A DNA stretch of 64,000 bases, taken from NCBI RefSeq assembly GCF_009914755.1, contig NC_060933.1, one strand, 5' to 3'. The notes under the pieces were generated by a model. It saw only the letters and a program-made list of their open reading frames with translations. It made no database searches and was not told the DNA's origin. Below, piece after piece: positions 1 to 14,030 of this stretch (position 1 is the first letter of the stretch; every line of letters starts with the position of its first letter). Position numbers and translations under genes: made by a program. This stretch comes from the human T2T-CHM13v2.0 reference genome, Homo sapiens.

Positions 1-280
<280 letters not shown>

Positions 281-755
281 AACACCACCACCACCACCAA
301 GAAGAAGAAAACACTGTCACTGCAGACTGACTGCATATGGCCATGAGTGTCATGTGCATGTGTGACTGAGCTCTCTGTGGAGCAATATTAGAGGCTTCAC
401 ATGATATATATAAACTAATAAATACATCAACTTATTCTCTCTCTCTCTCTACACGCATGTGCACGCACGTGCTCACACACGTGTATATATCACGACGTTG
501 GCCTCATGATAAATTGTGGAAATTAGGACTGTTTCATATACACATTCCCTTGTTATATGGTTTATATTTATATCTGCTAACCAAATTTCCTCCTATATTT
601 TTTAAACATTTAGGGTATGCTATTGGTGGCTGTCATTATAATTTAGCCTTTAGATTATTACAGGACTTCAGTCTTGAATTTGTATGGAGCTAGGTGAGAT
701 AGGAGCATCACATCAATGATGGAACTTGGGTCTTCTCTTCTGGGGAGGGGGTGGG

Positions 756-1162
756 TGTGTTAGTCTGTTCTCATACTGCTATAAAGAAATAACCTGAGAC
801 TGGATAATTTATAAAGAAAAATGTTTAATTGGCTCACAGTTCTACAGGCTGTATGGCTGGTGGCAGGGGTGGGGCTCAGGAAACTTACAACCATGGTGGA
901 AGGTGAAGGGGAGGCAGGTTCATCTTATGTGGCCCGAGCCAAAGGAAGAGAGAGACAGGGGAGGTACTACGCCCTTTTAAACAATGAGATATTGGGATAA
1001 CTCACTCACTCACTATTGCCATGACAACACTAAGGGGAATGGTGTGAAACAATGACAAACCACTCCCATGATCCAGTCACTTCTTACCAGGCCCCACCTT
1101 CAACATTGGGGATTACAATTCAACATGAGATTTGGGTGGGGACACAGACACAAACTGCATCA
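756..1162 (-). mobile_element. ERVL-MaLR solo LTR, MSTA-like
   Basis: TGTGTTAGTCTGTTCTCATACTGCTATAAAG ... CATGAGATTTGGGTGGGGACACAG; MST-type internal blocks. Confidence 0.9.
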
Positions 1163-1301
1163 CGGAGTGTGTTTCCTTTCATTTGAAGAGAATCGCATTC
1201 AGGTAGGAGGAGCAGACTGCTGTTGCTGTTGTTTGGAAGTGTGATTGTTGGGGGAATGGGATATGAGCGTTGGGAGAAGCTGCAGGGTAGCTGGGAATGG
1301 A

Positions 1302-1986
1302 TGTAATAACTCAGTGCTCGGCATCCACGCTACCCACCTCTATATCAGAGATGGGAAAGACAAAACACACGCCTCTGAGAGTCCTTTCTAGTGAGGCTTC
1401 TGGATTTGATTTAAGTTTGGACCATCAGATGCCGCAGCCTGAGATTTGGAAGGCAGAGTGCTGGAAGGCTGCACTCCCGCTGCATCTGCTGGTGCTTCGA
1501 CAAGCAAGGTGGTGGAGGTGTTGCCTGTCTGTAAAGGGATGATCAGAGCAGCGTCCAGTCTACGGTGCCCCAAATACTCACAAGCAGCACGCACAGCACT
1601 CCTTCACTTGGTCTCAGTGAGGGGATTGCACCGTGGAGCACAGTGTCTGTCCTGTCAGACCATGTTCTTATCCTTGTGGCTTTCTACTGGAGGCAGCTTC
1701 TAAGTGGCAGTGTCTCCATCTTGGTGATGGCAGTGTCTCCGTCTCTGTGGTGGCAGTGTGCTACTGGGGCCAGAGGCTTTCTGGCTGCAGAGGGGGCAGG
1801 AGCACCCTTGCTGGCCCGATTCAGAGATATGGCTTTGGGAGCTGTTCCCCAAACCTCATCCAACATCTGTTTCTCCAGTCCTGCCTCTGCTTCTGTGAAC
1901 CCCTCAATACCCTGTCATTAATCCCATCATGCGCTAAGCTAGCTAGAGAAGGCTTTGTTTTTTGTAGCTGAACCCTGGCCAATACA
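1302..1986 (+). mobile_element. Old ERVL solo LTR (LTR33/LTR16 class)
   Basis: TGTA...AACCCTGGCCAATACA termini; flanks ATGGA/ATGCA (4/5 TSD). Confidence 0.55.
1705..1760. repeat. 23-bp tandem repeat, ~2.4 copies (TGGCAGTGTCTCC...)
   Basis: Units start at 1705, 1728, 1751. Confidence 0.85.
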
Positions 1987-1999
1987 ATGCATTACATAA

Positions 2000-2900
2000 A
2001 CCGATTTCTTAACATGGAACCAGTTTTGCATTTCTGGAATGAACTCAGCTTGGTCATAGTGTATTCTCCTTCTTACACACTGCTGAATTATATTTGCTAA
2101 TATATTAGCTGTACATCATATTATATATAATTATATTAGCAAATATAATTAAAACCTTATTACTGCTTTCTTATATAAGGCTGATCTGATTTCTGTTTCA
2201 TATTAGTTAAATTTTAGTCTCTGTGTTGTGCTGGCCTTCAAAAAATCATCTAAAACTTTCTTTCTTCCTTGTGTTCTAGAAAAGTTTATATGTTGGAATT
2301 ATTTCTTCCTTGAATGTTTTCAAAATTTTATGCATAAGACTATCTGAATAAGGTGTCTTTGAGTCAGAGTAGCTTTTTAATAGCCTCTTCAATTTCATCC
2401 ATGGTTATTGATTTATTAAGTTTTCTATTTCTTTTGAGGTAGATACTTAAAATACATGTGTACCTAAGTAGTATTCTATTCTGGGGAAGAATTATTGATC
2501 AATCATATAAAAATTATTAATTTTTGTTTGGTAATACAAATGTGAATGACTAATACATTTTTTCTCTTAGCATTGTTTTATGTATGTTTCATTTTGTAAC
2601 ATGTAGCTGAGCTTTGTTTATTAATCAAATCCGAGCATCTTTTACTTTAAGCAAATGAATTTATTTCACGTTTATTGACAACAATTTGGTCTTAATTTTA
2701 TCTTATACTCATTGTTTATTTTAAAATGTCTTTTTAGCCACTTTCTTTGCTTTCTGTCTTTTGTTATGTGTTTTTTTTAACATTCACTTTCATTTCCTTT
2801 TGGTGATTTAGGAGACTTTCTTTTTCACTTTTGTTATCCTTACATATTTAAATAATGTCTAAGTGTTTAAATTTTGAATTATCATTGTTATCCACAATAA
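2000..2900 (-). mobile_element. Ancient L1M ORF2 fragments
   Basis: AACCAGTTTTGCATTTCTGGAATGAACTCAGCTTGGTCATAGTG resembles antisense L1 ORF2; T-rich; boundaries approximate. Confidence 0.65.
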
Positions 2901-3318
2901 CAGTATTCATTAAATTCCCACTAAAAAGAATGAGCAAATTAGTTTACCTTTGCTTCCTCTCATCTTTTGCTCCTCCATTTTCATGTGTTGACTTTTGTCC
3001 CTGTCTAGTATAGATATGTGTAATGTAGATACATTTTGACAACATGAATATTTTTTATTCCTATCATTAATCATATATTCTTTCAACCCTTACACATTAA
3101 ACTTTAGTTGTAAGTTATTTACTGGGGAAGCAGAGAATAGTTTCATGCAAAGTCACTGAAGAGAGAGGAAGGCTATGACATAAAGAAGCTTCCACTTGGT
3201 AAAAGGAAGAATCAGACAGGCCTGATTCCAGAAGGACAGCCTGAGGAGAAGGAAGAAGAGCCAGTGGTCAGAGGTGTGTTTCCTGGCTCTGTTCTCTCTG
3301 GATAAAAATACTGTAGGT

Positions 3319-3607
3319 GGCCGGGTGCGGTGGCTCACGCCTGTAATCCCAGCACTTTGGGAGGCCAAAGCAGGTGGATCACGAGGTCAGGAGTTCGAGA
3401 CCAGCCTAACCAACATGGTGAAACCCTGTCTCTACTAAAAATACAAAAATTAGCCTGGTGTGGTGGCGGGTGCCTATAATCCCAGCTACTCAGGAGGCTG
3501 AGGCAGAAGAATCACTTGAACACAGGAGGCGAAGGATGCAGTGAGCCAAGATTGTGCTGCTGCACTCCAGCCTGGGCGACAGAGCGAGACTCTGTCTCAG
3601 AAAAAAA
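3319..3607 (+). mobile_element. Full-length Alu, AluSg-like
   Basis: GGATCACGAGGTCAGGAGTTCGAG; perfect 15-bp TSD AAAAATACTGTAGGT at 3304-3318 and 3608-3622. Confidence 0.97.
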
Positions 3608-3924
3608 AAAAATACTGTAGGTGAGGGTAAATGAAAGTGGAGGCTCCGGAAGTGTGGACCACAATTTCCTTTGGGTCTCTGGGAGGTGACCGCCTAAGGA
3701 GGGACTTGCATACAGCTGGGGAAGCTTGAGTAAGTGGGAAATGACAGTGCGGCTTGTTTACACCTAGAGAGATGGCATGGGCTGCATCCTCCACTCCGCT
3801 GTACCCTAGGTCCCAGCTTCAGGTGTGAGCTGTGGAAGTTTCTCCATGCTTCTACTTGGGAATGGAGAAGGGAGCTGCTTAAGTTGGAAATCAGCAGACC
3901 TGCATATTTTTGGTTATTTTATTG

Positions 3925-4415
3925 TTATTGTTATTGATTTCTAATTTCATTGTCTTATAGGCAGAGAATATGATCTTCATGATATTGGCTATGGAGTATG
4001 GGTTGAGACTTCTTTTGTGGCCTAGTGAATGGTCTGTTTTAGAAAACATTCCATGTACATTTGACAAGAACATGCATTTCCAACTTGTTAGGTCAGAGTT
4101 CTGCATATGTCTGCTAGACCAACATATTTTACAGTGTTCAAAACTGAATCTCAACTATTTTTTTTGGTCTACTTTATCTTGCATCTAATACAACTTCTTA
4201 ATATGATTGCCTATTTTTTACCTTCTTTTTGAAATTATGTTAATTTGGAGAGGGACAGTATGCTGTTAGCTATTCACAAAAGGAGGAGTATTAAGCACTC
4301 CTGGAAATTTTTTTTTAATCATTAAGTAGTGATTTCTTACCACTCCTTTGCTTCGATGTCTATTGTGTCTGAGAGTAAAATTACTCTGCTCGCTTTGATT
4401 TGGTGAGTATTTGCT
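3925..4415 (-). mobile_element. Ancient L1M ORF2 endonuclease-region fragment
   Basis: Minus-strand translation ...FLSNVHGMFSKTDHSLGHK...IFSAYKTMKLEIN resembles L1 EN motifs. Confidence 0.8.
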
Positions 4416-4417
4416 AA

Positions 4418-5373
4418 GGTAGTGGACATTCATCAGGCTCTTGGCTCCCGCATTGCATCACTTCTGTATGTTTGAGGCATTTTCCACTGTATAATCCTTA
4501 GTGGGAGGCAGATTCTCCCACCCCATGTAGGTACTGAAAAGTATAATCAGTTTTCCAGCTTATCTTGCTGCTAAAGTATTGGCCAAAGATAAGATATTCC
4601 TAGGGTTTGAATGGGGAGCTGGCAATATTAAGAAGCAGAGAGAACAGGGGATCCACCCCAGCAGCAGTAGGAGCCATGCCCGAGTCCAGAGGCAGCAGGA
4701 GCTCAGCCGACAGAGGCAGGATCACAAGAGCAGCATCCAGACTTTAGCAGTGACAGCAGCTATGTTCTCTTGCCAACCTTCCTCAGGAGTTACTTTTGGC
4801 GGTGGTGAGCTCTGCCCCGACTTCCTTCCTTTCTGCTAATTCAGTTGTTCCAAGTTCTCCAGATTTTTCAGAAATACTATTAGCTATCTCTATTAGTCCA
4901 TCTTCATACTGCTATGAAGAAATACCTGAGCCTGGGTGATGTATAAAGAAAAAGAGGTTTAATGGATTCACAGTTCATATGGCTGGGGAGGCCTCACAAT
5001 CATGGTGGAAGGCAAAGGAGGAGAAAGGCATGTCTTACGTGGAGGCAGGCAAGAGAGCATATGCAGGGGAACTGCCCTTTATAAAACCATCAGATTGCAT
5101 GAGACTTATTCACTATCACGAGAACAGCATGGGAAAAACCACCCCCATGATTCAATTACCTCCCATTGGGTCCCTCCCACAACATGTGGGGATTATGGGA
5201 GATGCTACAATTCAAGATGAGATTTGGGTGGGGACACAGCAAAACTATATCACTATCCAATGTCTATAAGTTGCTAGGTTTTGTTGTGGGGGTGATGGAG
5301 TGGAAAGTAAAGATTGTTGCTTTAAATCAGCTATAGTTGGTTTCTGGCACTTGCAACTAGAACCCTATTACTG
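4418..5373 (+). mobile_element. ERVL LTR33-like solo LTR, interrupted by THE1
   Basis: GTAGTGGACA start; 3' end GTTGGTTTCTGGCACTTGCAACTAGAACCCT. Confidence 0.5.
4889..5252 (-). mobile_element. THE1 solo LTR (THE1B/C-like)
   Basis: Typical THE1 sequence; perfect 5-bp TSD CTATC at 4884-4888 and 5253-5257. Confidence 0.95.
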
Positions 5374-6316
5374 AAATTGTCATACTGATGCTTCTGTCTC
5401 TGATCTGCCACCACATGGACTATTCTAGCCTCCTCCCCTTGCTTTGTGTAAATGCCCACTCCAACACTAAGAAACTTGGCTTTTACCATCCTCCATCCAT
5501 TTACTTAGTGGTTCAGTTCCAGTACAAATGGATAGCAGGATTAGAACTGTTCACTCCCTCCCATGGTGAAAACTCTATCAACTAGCATACAGTGCTTATG
5601 TACAGCTTCTTTGCCTCTAGTTGTATATGCTCCACTCATTTCCAAAGTTACTTAGGTCAGCACGTTTCCCCTCTGTCTAGTTAAGTGAGGTTATTTTACA
5701 CATTTTTGATAGAGTTTGATTATTTTGTCACATTCTGCATTTCATCCTGGAAACCCCAACTTGCTATATGATTTAAAAAATATTTTCCTACATTAAGATT
5801 CACTATTTTTTTTTTTTGCCACAAAGTTCTATGGATTTCCACAAATGCTTAGTGTCATGTCTCTACAATTACTCCAGTACCATACAAAATAGTTTTAGCA
5901 TGCTAAAAGATCCCTTGTGTTCACCTAGTCAACCCTCCTCCCCTCCTCCTCAGCCCCTGGCAACCACTGATCTTGTAATTGTTGCTATATTTTTTACCTT
6001 TTCCAAAACTTCATGTAACTGCAGTAATACATTATGTAACTTTTTCAGATTGGCTTCTTTCACTTAGCAATATGCACTTAAGATTTATCCATGTCTTCTC
6101 TTGGCTTGATGGGTTATGTCTTTTTATCACTAAGTAGTATTTCATTGTACAGATGTACCACAGTTTATTTATCGACTCAACAATTGAAGGGCATCCTAGT
6201 GGCTTTCAGTTTTGGTGATTATGAATAAAGCTGCTATAAACATTCATGTGCAGGTTTTTGTATTTATATAAGTAAATACTTAGATATGTGATTATTGGAT
6301 TACATCTTCAGACTAT

Positions 6317-6663
6317 TGTTATAGACTGAATTACTTTCCCCCCAAATGTATGTGTTGAAGCCCTAACCTCCAATGTGACTGTATTTAGAGAAAGGGCCTG
6401 TAGGAGGGTAATTAGGGTTAAATGTGTGTCCTAATCTGTTAAGACTAGTGTCCTTATAAGTAGAGGAAGAGGCACCAGAGATCTCTCTTCAATCACACAC
6501 AGAGAAAAGGCCGTGTGAGTGCATGTTTTTCTGTAAGCTAGAAAGAGGGGCCATACCAGAACATTCATCTTTGAGACTTCCAATCTCTGGAACCATGAAA
6601 AAATAAATTTCTGTTATTTAAGTCAGTGGTATTTTGTTATGGTAGCCTGAATAGACTAATAAA
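6317..6663 (+). mobile_element. MLT1A/A0-like MaLR solo LTR
   Basis: TGTTATAGACTGAAT...AATAAATTTCTGTTATTTAAG; TSD ACTAT at 6312-6316 and 6664-6668. Confidence 0.9.
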
Positions 6664-7176
6664 ACTATGTTTAGCTTTCTAGAGATTGTCAAACTGTCTT
6701 CCAAAGTCGCTATACCATTTTGTATCCCCAGCAGCAATGAATGAGAGTTCCTGTTGCTCCACATTGTCACCAGTGTGTGGTATTGTTAGTTTTCTGGATT
6801 TTAGCTATTCTAATAGGTATGTGGTAGTATCTTATTATTGTTTTATTTTGCAATTAATTCCCTGATGACAAGTTATGTTTATAATTTTTCCATAGGCTTA
6901 TTTGCCATTTGTATATCTTCTTTGGTGAGCTGTCTCTTCAGATTTTTTACTGATTTTTAAATGGGTAGTTTGTTTTTTTTTATTGCTGAATTTTAAGAGC
7001 TTTTAAACTATTTTTGGATATGAGGCTTTCACAAGATATATTTTACTGTTTTCTTTTAATTCATGGCTTATTTTTTGTTGTTAGCAGTGTCTCACAGAGA
7101 AGTTTTAAATTTTAATATAATTTAATATATCTTTTTTCTTTCATTGATTATGCTTCTGGTACTTTTAAAAGCTCAT

Positions 7177-8170
7177 GGGGGACCTAATTAAACCAAAAAG
7201 CTTCTGCACAGCAAAAGAAATAATACTCAGAGTAAACAGATAGCCCACAGAATGGGAGGAAGTATTTGGAAACTACACATATGACAAAGAACTAGCATCC
7301 AGAATCTACAAGGAACTCAAGCAAATCAGCAAGAAAAAAATAAACAATTCCATCAAAAAGTGGGCAAAAGACATGAATGAACATTTCTCAAAAGAAGATA
7401 TACAAATGGCCACCAAACTGGTAAAGAAAATGTTTAGTAATTGAAAACCCCAATGAGATAAATACCACCTTACTCCTGCAAGAATGGCCATTATTAAAAC
7501 GTCAAAAAATAATAGATGTTGGCGAGGATGTGGGGAAAAGGGATAGCTTATACACTGCTGATGGGAATGTAAATTAGTACAACTTCTATGGGAAACAGTA
7601 TGGAGATTCCTTAAAGAGCTAAAAGTAGATCTACCGTTCAATCCAGCAATCCCACTACTGGGTATCTACTGAAAGGAAAAGAAGTCATTATACGAAAAAG
7701 ACATTTGCAGCACAATTCACAATCACAAAAGATGTGGAACCAACCTAAGTGCCCATTGACTAATGAGTGGATAAAAAAATGTGGCCTATATACACCATGG
7801 AACACTACTCAGCCATAAAAAGGAACAGAATAACTTCTTTTGCGGCAACTTGGATGGAGCTGGAGGCCATTGTTCCAAGTGAAGTAACACAGGAGGGGAA
7901 AATCAAAAACCATATGTTCTCACTTATAAGTGGGAGCTAAGCTATGAATACACAAAGACATACAGAGTAATATAATGGACTTTAGAAACTCAGAAGGGGA
8001 AGGGTGGGAGAAGGGGTAGGGATGAAAAAAATCTACATATTAGGTACAATGTACACTACTTGGGTGATGGGTACACTAAAATCTCAGAATTCACTACTGT
8101 ATAATTCACCCATGTAAAGAAAAAACACACTTGTACCCCCGAAAGCTTTTAAAATAAAAATTAAAAAAAA
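7177..8170 (+). mobile_element. 5'-truncated L1PB (PB2/3-like): end of ORF2, 3' UTR, A tail
   Basis: AAAAGCTTCTGCACAGCAAAAGAAA; PB-type UTR GTACACTACTTGGGTGATGGGTACACTAAAATCTCAGAATTCAC; degenerate TSD AAAAGCTCATGG/AAAATCTAATGG. Confidence 0.9.
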
Positions 8171-8557
8171 ATCTAATGGCCAAACGCAAAATGTAGAATT
8201 TCTCCTATGTTTTCTTCCAGAAATTTTATGATCTTACATTTAGGTCTATAATCAATTTTGTGTTATTTTTGTGAAAGGTATGAGGTCTACGTTAGGCTCA
8301 TCTTTTTGTGTTATCTTTCATTTATGAACATTCAATTCTTCCAGAATCATTTGTTAAACAGATTATTGTTTCTCCATTGAATCACCATTGCTTCTTTATC
8401 AAAGACCAGTTGACTCCATATATTTGTGTTGGTCTATTTCTGGCTGTCTTTTCTGTTCTGCTGACCTCATGTCTATTCTTTTGTCAGTACCACGCTGCCT
8501 TGATTGCTGTAGCTTTAGAATAGTAAGTCTCAAAATCAGTACTGTGGGGTCCTGTGA

Positions 8558-8656
8558 CTTTGTTGTTGCTGTTCTCCTCCTACTTCCTCCTCCTCTTCCT
8601 CTTCCTCTGTCTCCACTTCTACTTCTGCTACTTTTCCTTCTTTTTCTCTTTTCTTC
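8558..8656. repeat. Degenerate (GTT)/(CCT)/(CTT) polypyrimidine microsatellite
   Basis: Direct inspection. Confidence 0.8.
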
Positions 8657-9639
8657 AGTATTGTGTTGGCTATTCTTGGTCTTTTGCCTTTCCATATGTG
8701 TTAGAAGCAGAAAATACAGTTTGCTCAGATTTTATTGGGACTTCATTGAATCTACAGATCAAAATGGAAAGAGCCGATAATCGATTCTTTCAGCCATGAG
8801 CTTTGATTTCCTTCCTAATAGTTTGTAGTTTTCTATATATAAATCCTGTACATTCAAAAATTAGATTTATACCTAAACATTTCAGAGTTTGGTACCATTA
8901 TAAATGCTATTGTGTTTTTAATTTCAAATTCTCATTGTTCATTGCTATGTACAAGAAAGTGATTGACTTTTGTATGCTAACTGTGTATCCTGCAAATTTA
9001 CTATGCTTGATTAATTCTAAGAGGTTTTGTTTGTTGTTCATTCTTTAGGCTTCTCTATATAGACAATCATGTCATCTGTGAACAAAGATAGTTTTATTTC
9101 TTCCTTCCCAATCTGCGTATCTTTTATTTCCTCTTCTTGTCCTATTGTACTAGTTAGGGTTTCCAATACAATGTTGAGTAAATGTGATGAGACAAGATAT
9201 CTTTGTCTTCTCCGTAAACTTAGAGGGAAAGAATCAGTTTCCCAACATTAACTATGATGTTAGCTGTACAGATTTTTAAACTGTTCTTTAATCAAGTTCA
9301 GGAAGTTCTCCTCCATTCCTACTATACATGATTGAAAGATTTTTAAAAAATCGTGTGTAAATGTTGTGTTTGTTAGCACTTTTTCTGAATCAATTAATAT
9401 GATCATGTAATTTTTTTCTTTAGGCTGTTGATGTCACAGATTACATTAATTGATTTTCAAATATCAAACTGGTCTTTCTTGTGTTGCAAACCTCACTTGG
9501 TTGTGGTGTATACTGTTTAAATCTATTTTTAAGCGACTATTCATATAAGATCCTTACATTGGGAGATTTTGCCACATATTATAACTTTCTTTTAATCTGT
9601 AACTTCCCTCCTTACCTCTCTTTCTTGTTCTCTCAAATC

Positions 9640-10915
9640 ATCTGCCTTACAGAATTCACAATAGTCTGGATTTTGCTAATTTCCTCCCCATATTTTTATT
9701 TAACTTGCTTTTCTATTCTCTGTATTTCCTATAAATTGGTAATTGGACTCAGAGGTTTATTCACACTTAGATTTCGCTAATTGATTGATCTGTTGAGTGC
9801 ACAGATGATATTGTGAACTTCCATCAGGTAGCATGTGATGCCGATCATAATCCCTCTCTTTGTGGTGTAAGAAACCATTGATGCTCAGTGCCCTCACACA
9901 TTAACTTATTTAAAGGGGCAAAATTAGGATGTTCTACTTCTAGTATTCCTTCATCATTTATAGGATGGAATTTCTATAAAGAAGAAACTTTCCCTCATTA
10001 GCTATTTGATACACAGTGGAAGAGTTTACATAGGAAAGGCAGTGTATGAATGGTTATAATTTTATTTTGCCTCAGTATCCATTTTAAATATAAGTTGGAC
10101 TTTCTCATACCAAAACTGGGGCCCAGTCACCCTTGACACAACTTCCAGTTCTATACCCATTCCCCCTAGTTCCTCAATATGGCAGATCCATCCAGATATC
10201 TTCGTATACAACTGTTTCCTAGTGATCACTTCCCCCTGCTTGACTGGCGAGTGACCCTCACACCCTGTATGGACTGCAGATGGGCAGCAGTGACTACCTC
10301 TCAGCCACTGCGTGACCTCCTGAAACTCAATGTCTGCTTGCTTTAGACCCACCAAGTAAAACTCCCTGTAGGAATACTGTTTGAATAATGCCCTGGGCCT
10401 AGTAAAGGTGTTGGCTACGGGTCCCCTTCTCACTCTCTCTCTCTCTCCCTGTGATTCTTGACCTCCCTGTGTGTGTGGTGCCCAGGGGTGCCATGTACTC
10501 CCCAGGGTCTGTAACTTTTTACGTCTTTATTTCTATCTTGTGTCTCTACTGATCTTTGAAATATCAGTAGTGCTCTCCATCTTAAAGATCTTAAATTAAA
10601 ATAGCAGGATAAATTTTTGATTCTTTACCAGTTTTCAAAATAATGAGTTAATTTCTGTAATGAATTTTTTTTTTAAATTAGGCACCATTATATACTCAAG
10701 ATTGAAAGAGCTTGTTTTTAATCCCTTTCCCTATTATCTTTGTTGTTGCTCTTATTGTCCTATCTATGGCCCTAATTCCTTTGACACGACCCTAATAGTT
10801 TTAGTAGCTTCCTTGTTTCAGAAAAGAAAAAAAGTATACCAAGTGCATCTGATAGTCTCGCTGCCCTCGGCCTGGAGTCAGCCCCTCCTTAAGGAGCTCT
10901 GATTCCCTTCAGTGG
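9640..10915 (-). mobile_element. L1MC4-like 3' region, split by an LTR
   Basis: GGAAAGGCAG|GATAAAT...TTTACCAGTTTTCAAAATAATGAGTT rejoins across the LTR. Confidence 0.6.
10043..10603 (+). mobile_element. ERVL solo LTR, MER73/MER54 family
   Basis: TGTATGAATGGTTATAAT...ACTTTCTCATACCA...AGTCACCCTTGACACA; GCAG duplicated on both flanks. Confidence 0.75.
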
Positions 10916-11514
10916 GAAATGTAGAGATTGTGATCTGCATGTGCAGCAGAGTTTCAGCAGGAAATGGATGTGGCATGTGGGAGACCAAGCCTGAGCTGTC
11001 CTGGAGGCCCCGGGTTGCGAAAATGTTCCCACAAAATGGCTTTGTTTGCCCTTTGCTGGGGGCCCTTTCACCCATTCAGGACAAGTTTTTGCATTCATTT
11101 CTTGGCTCAAGATTCCCTGAACCACATGAAAAGTGCAAATTGGAGTCCTTACATGCAGGTGGTACAGCTTGAGGTTCTGATTTCTCATGGGAATCCGTTT
11201 CCTTCCCATGAAGAGCCCCAGGCAGATGACATTATTTCTTGACACCTTCTTGGCCTGGCAGCTGGAATTTCTCTACTCTCCTTTTTTCTTTTTTCTTTTT
11301 GCAAGGCAGGATGGTCCTTCCATTCTCCCAGCTCAATGCTGAGTCTCGCTTCTCTGGGTAGGTCCACAATCCCGATTCTGACCCCAAGCGGCCAGCGCTG
11401 TTCACCCATGTCTAGGTGTTCTGGCGTAGAAGAGTACGCTTCTGCTTTCTTTGAGTCTCTGCTTCATTTCTGGCACCTAAGCCCTTCCTTTCTCTCTTCT
11501 GAGCTTGGCTATAG

Positions 11515-11926
<412 letters not shown>

Positions 11927-13279
11927 TAAATATTCTGTAAGCTTTTTTCACCTCTAATGGGATGCTATCTGTCCATGATAGTGGGGAGTGTGGATCATGT
12001 CTTTCTCCTCAGCTGCTTCCTCACCATCTGATTCTCTCCATGCATGTAGGAGATGATGTTTGTGACATTTTACCAGATTAGGCGAGCGGGCCTGATCCTG
12101 CCTCTGGCGGGGTGGGTGGGTGCTGGCGTCCCCTCCTCGTGTCTATGGGCTTGTGCTAGGCTGTGCCACCTCCTTGTCACTCATCGGGCCTCCCCTGTCA
12201 TCTTCCCATTGTTTACCAGACTACTTTAAAAAAAGACACTGTAGGAACCTTACTGTCAAATACCTCATCCTTTTTTTTTTAATCAACAAATTATTTTCCT
12301 GAGAAGGAAACACAGACAGATGTGGTCTTTGGAAACAACAGTGCCAAGTGGCACCTGGGGTGATTTGGGATAAGAACCTTTGGCTCACGGGCAAGCCCGG
12401 GTGTGTGAGGCAATGAGGCTTGCCCGGGAACTCTTCCCAAGAAGAAGAACACAGAGGCCTGTGTCTTCTCCTTCTAATGTGTGTTGTTTCTTCTGACACA
12501 TCTTGTTGCTGACTGGGGACTGCTGTTGCCCGATGGCTCCTTATTAAAAGTTGCTGCATGTAAATGTCAAGGCTTTCTATTTTGTCCCTCCTCTTCTCCC
12601 AACCCCGCCAAAACCTAAGAAGTCAGAGATCACAGAGGACTCACTCAAAATCTTGGATCAGGTCCTTGCTTCCTTTTCGGGAGCAAGGCTTGTTTCTGTG
12701 GGACTCTGGAGTATTATATTTCTCTCTTAATTTTGCTAATAAAAGGAATTTCTACTAAGTAGGTATAATGTAACAACAAAATATACGTAAACTCTAGAGG
12801 ACGCTGATGTTGCCTGAGGCCACACATCTGTATGATTTCTAAGGAGCCAGCTGGTAGTGGGCTGGTCACAGTATATGTAAATGGTACATTTGCAAGAAAA
12901 AGCAAACCATCTTCTGACCTAGTCTGTTGCTTAGTGACTGCTCACAAAACCTATAATTCAGGAAAGGGCATTGGTGACGCGGAACAAATGCTAGGCCTGG
13001 AGACAGAAAATGGAGGTGAAAGAACGCAACACTGGTTAGGTGCTTTAACACCTGGTAATCTTGTCTGCTCAGCAGGTTGCATCAGGAGAGCCATATGCCT
13101 ACTTTATAGATCAGACGGTGCCACAAGATGTGGGACAGGGCGATAGGGCAGCACATAGTGCTTCAGGCCTTCAGTACAGAGCGCCCAGCAGGGCGATGTC
13201 CCCACATGGCCTGGAGAAGACGTGCTCCCTCACTGACAGCTCCCCTGTCACTGAAGTTCCATGTATGTGTGCCTGTGTG

Positions 13280-13410
13280 GTGCCCTCCCCTGGATGCAAG
13301 CTCCTAGGTGCAGGGGCTCTTTCTGGTTCACCTCCTTGTCCCCACTGCCTGGCATCCTGTGTGGCTCCTGGTAGGTTCTCACTGAAAACTTGCGCATGGA
13401 TGAACAGAGA
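13280..13410 (+). mobile_element. L2 3'-end fragment
   Basis: TGCAAGCTCCTAGGTGCAGGG...CCTGGTAGGTTCTCA...ATGGATGAA pattern. Confidence 0.55.
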
Positions 13411-13899
13411 GCTTGATGCAAAATAAGACAATGACCAGTCCAGAGTTGTCACTTTCTGTTTAGTATCACCCATGGTGCGCTGACAATGATCATCTATCAA
13501 TCAGTGAAGGTGAGTGACTAGACATCTCTCTGGATAGAAATTCTTTGTCTTCCTTCCTTAGCGTGCAAACATATGCATTTTATTCAACATAGATAAATGT
13601 CTCCTCCAGGAGCCAAAGCCACTTGGTTCCTGAATCAGATGCTGAAGTTTGGATAGTAAGGAATACCGAATACCCTACTGACCACTTATTATTTGATGGG
13701 CCCTTTTTCTGGTGTGGAAAATGAGAGGTGAGCAGAAAAAAAAAAAAAAAAGGTCCAACCTCTCTGGCAGGGTTCCCTTCCAGAAGGGATGGATGCAAGT
13801 GAATTTATTTTGAGGTGAGCTGGTTTTTAGATTCTGGTGGAAAGAGCAGCTGATTTGGACCCATACAAAGTGACAAAATGGTAAATTCGTATTAAGTAT

Positions 13900-14030
13900 T
13901 GGCCTGGGAAAGCCCCTTATGTTTCCCAAGCCTGGACTTCCTCGTCTGTAGATTGGGGATGGAAATCCGTCCCTGACAAGGCTGCCTATTGGGTTTACTG
14001 AAGTGATGCCTGTAAACAGCCAGCCAGCGT
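13900..14030 (+). mobile_element. MIR fragment
   Basis: Core CTTCCTCGTCTGTAGATTGGGGAT. Confidence 0.6.

Larger units (their letters stand above)
5375..9540 (-). mobile_element. L1MC/L1MD-type element (3' UTR plus ORF2), interrupted by MLT1A and L1PB
   Basis: CCCCTGGCAACCACTGATC, CATTTTGTATCCCCAGCAGCAATGAATGAGAGTTCC and other antisense L1M blocks. Confidence 0.8.

Noticed and set aside
8388-8780. Leu/Pro-rich 'membrane' ORF and Arg-rich antisense ORF
   Set aside because: Produced by a (CTT/CCT) microsatellite inside an L1 relic.
13500-13515. Isolated consensus donor AAG|GTGAGT
   Set aside because: No convincing paired acceptor or reading frame; such motifs occur by chance.
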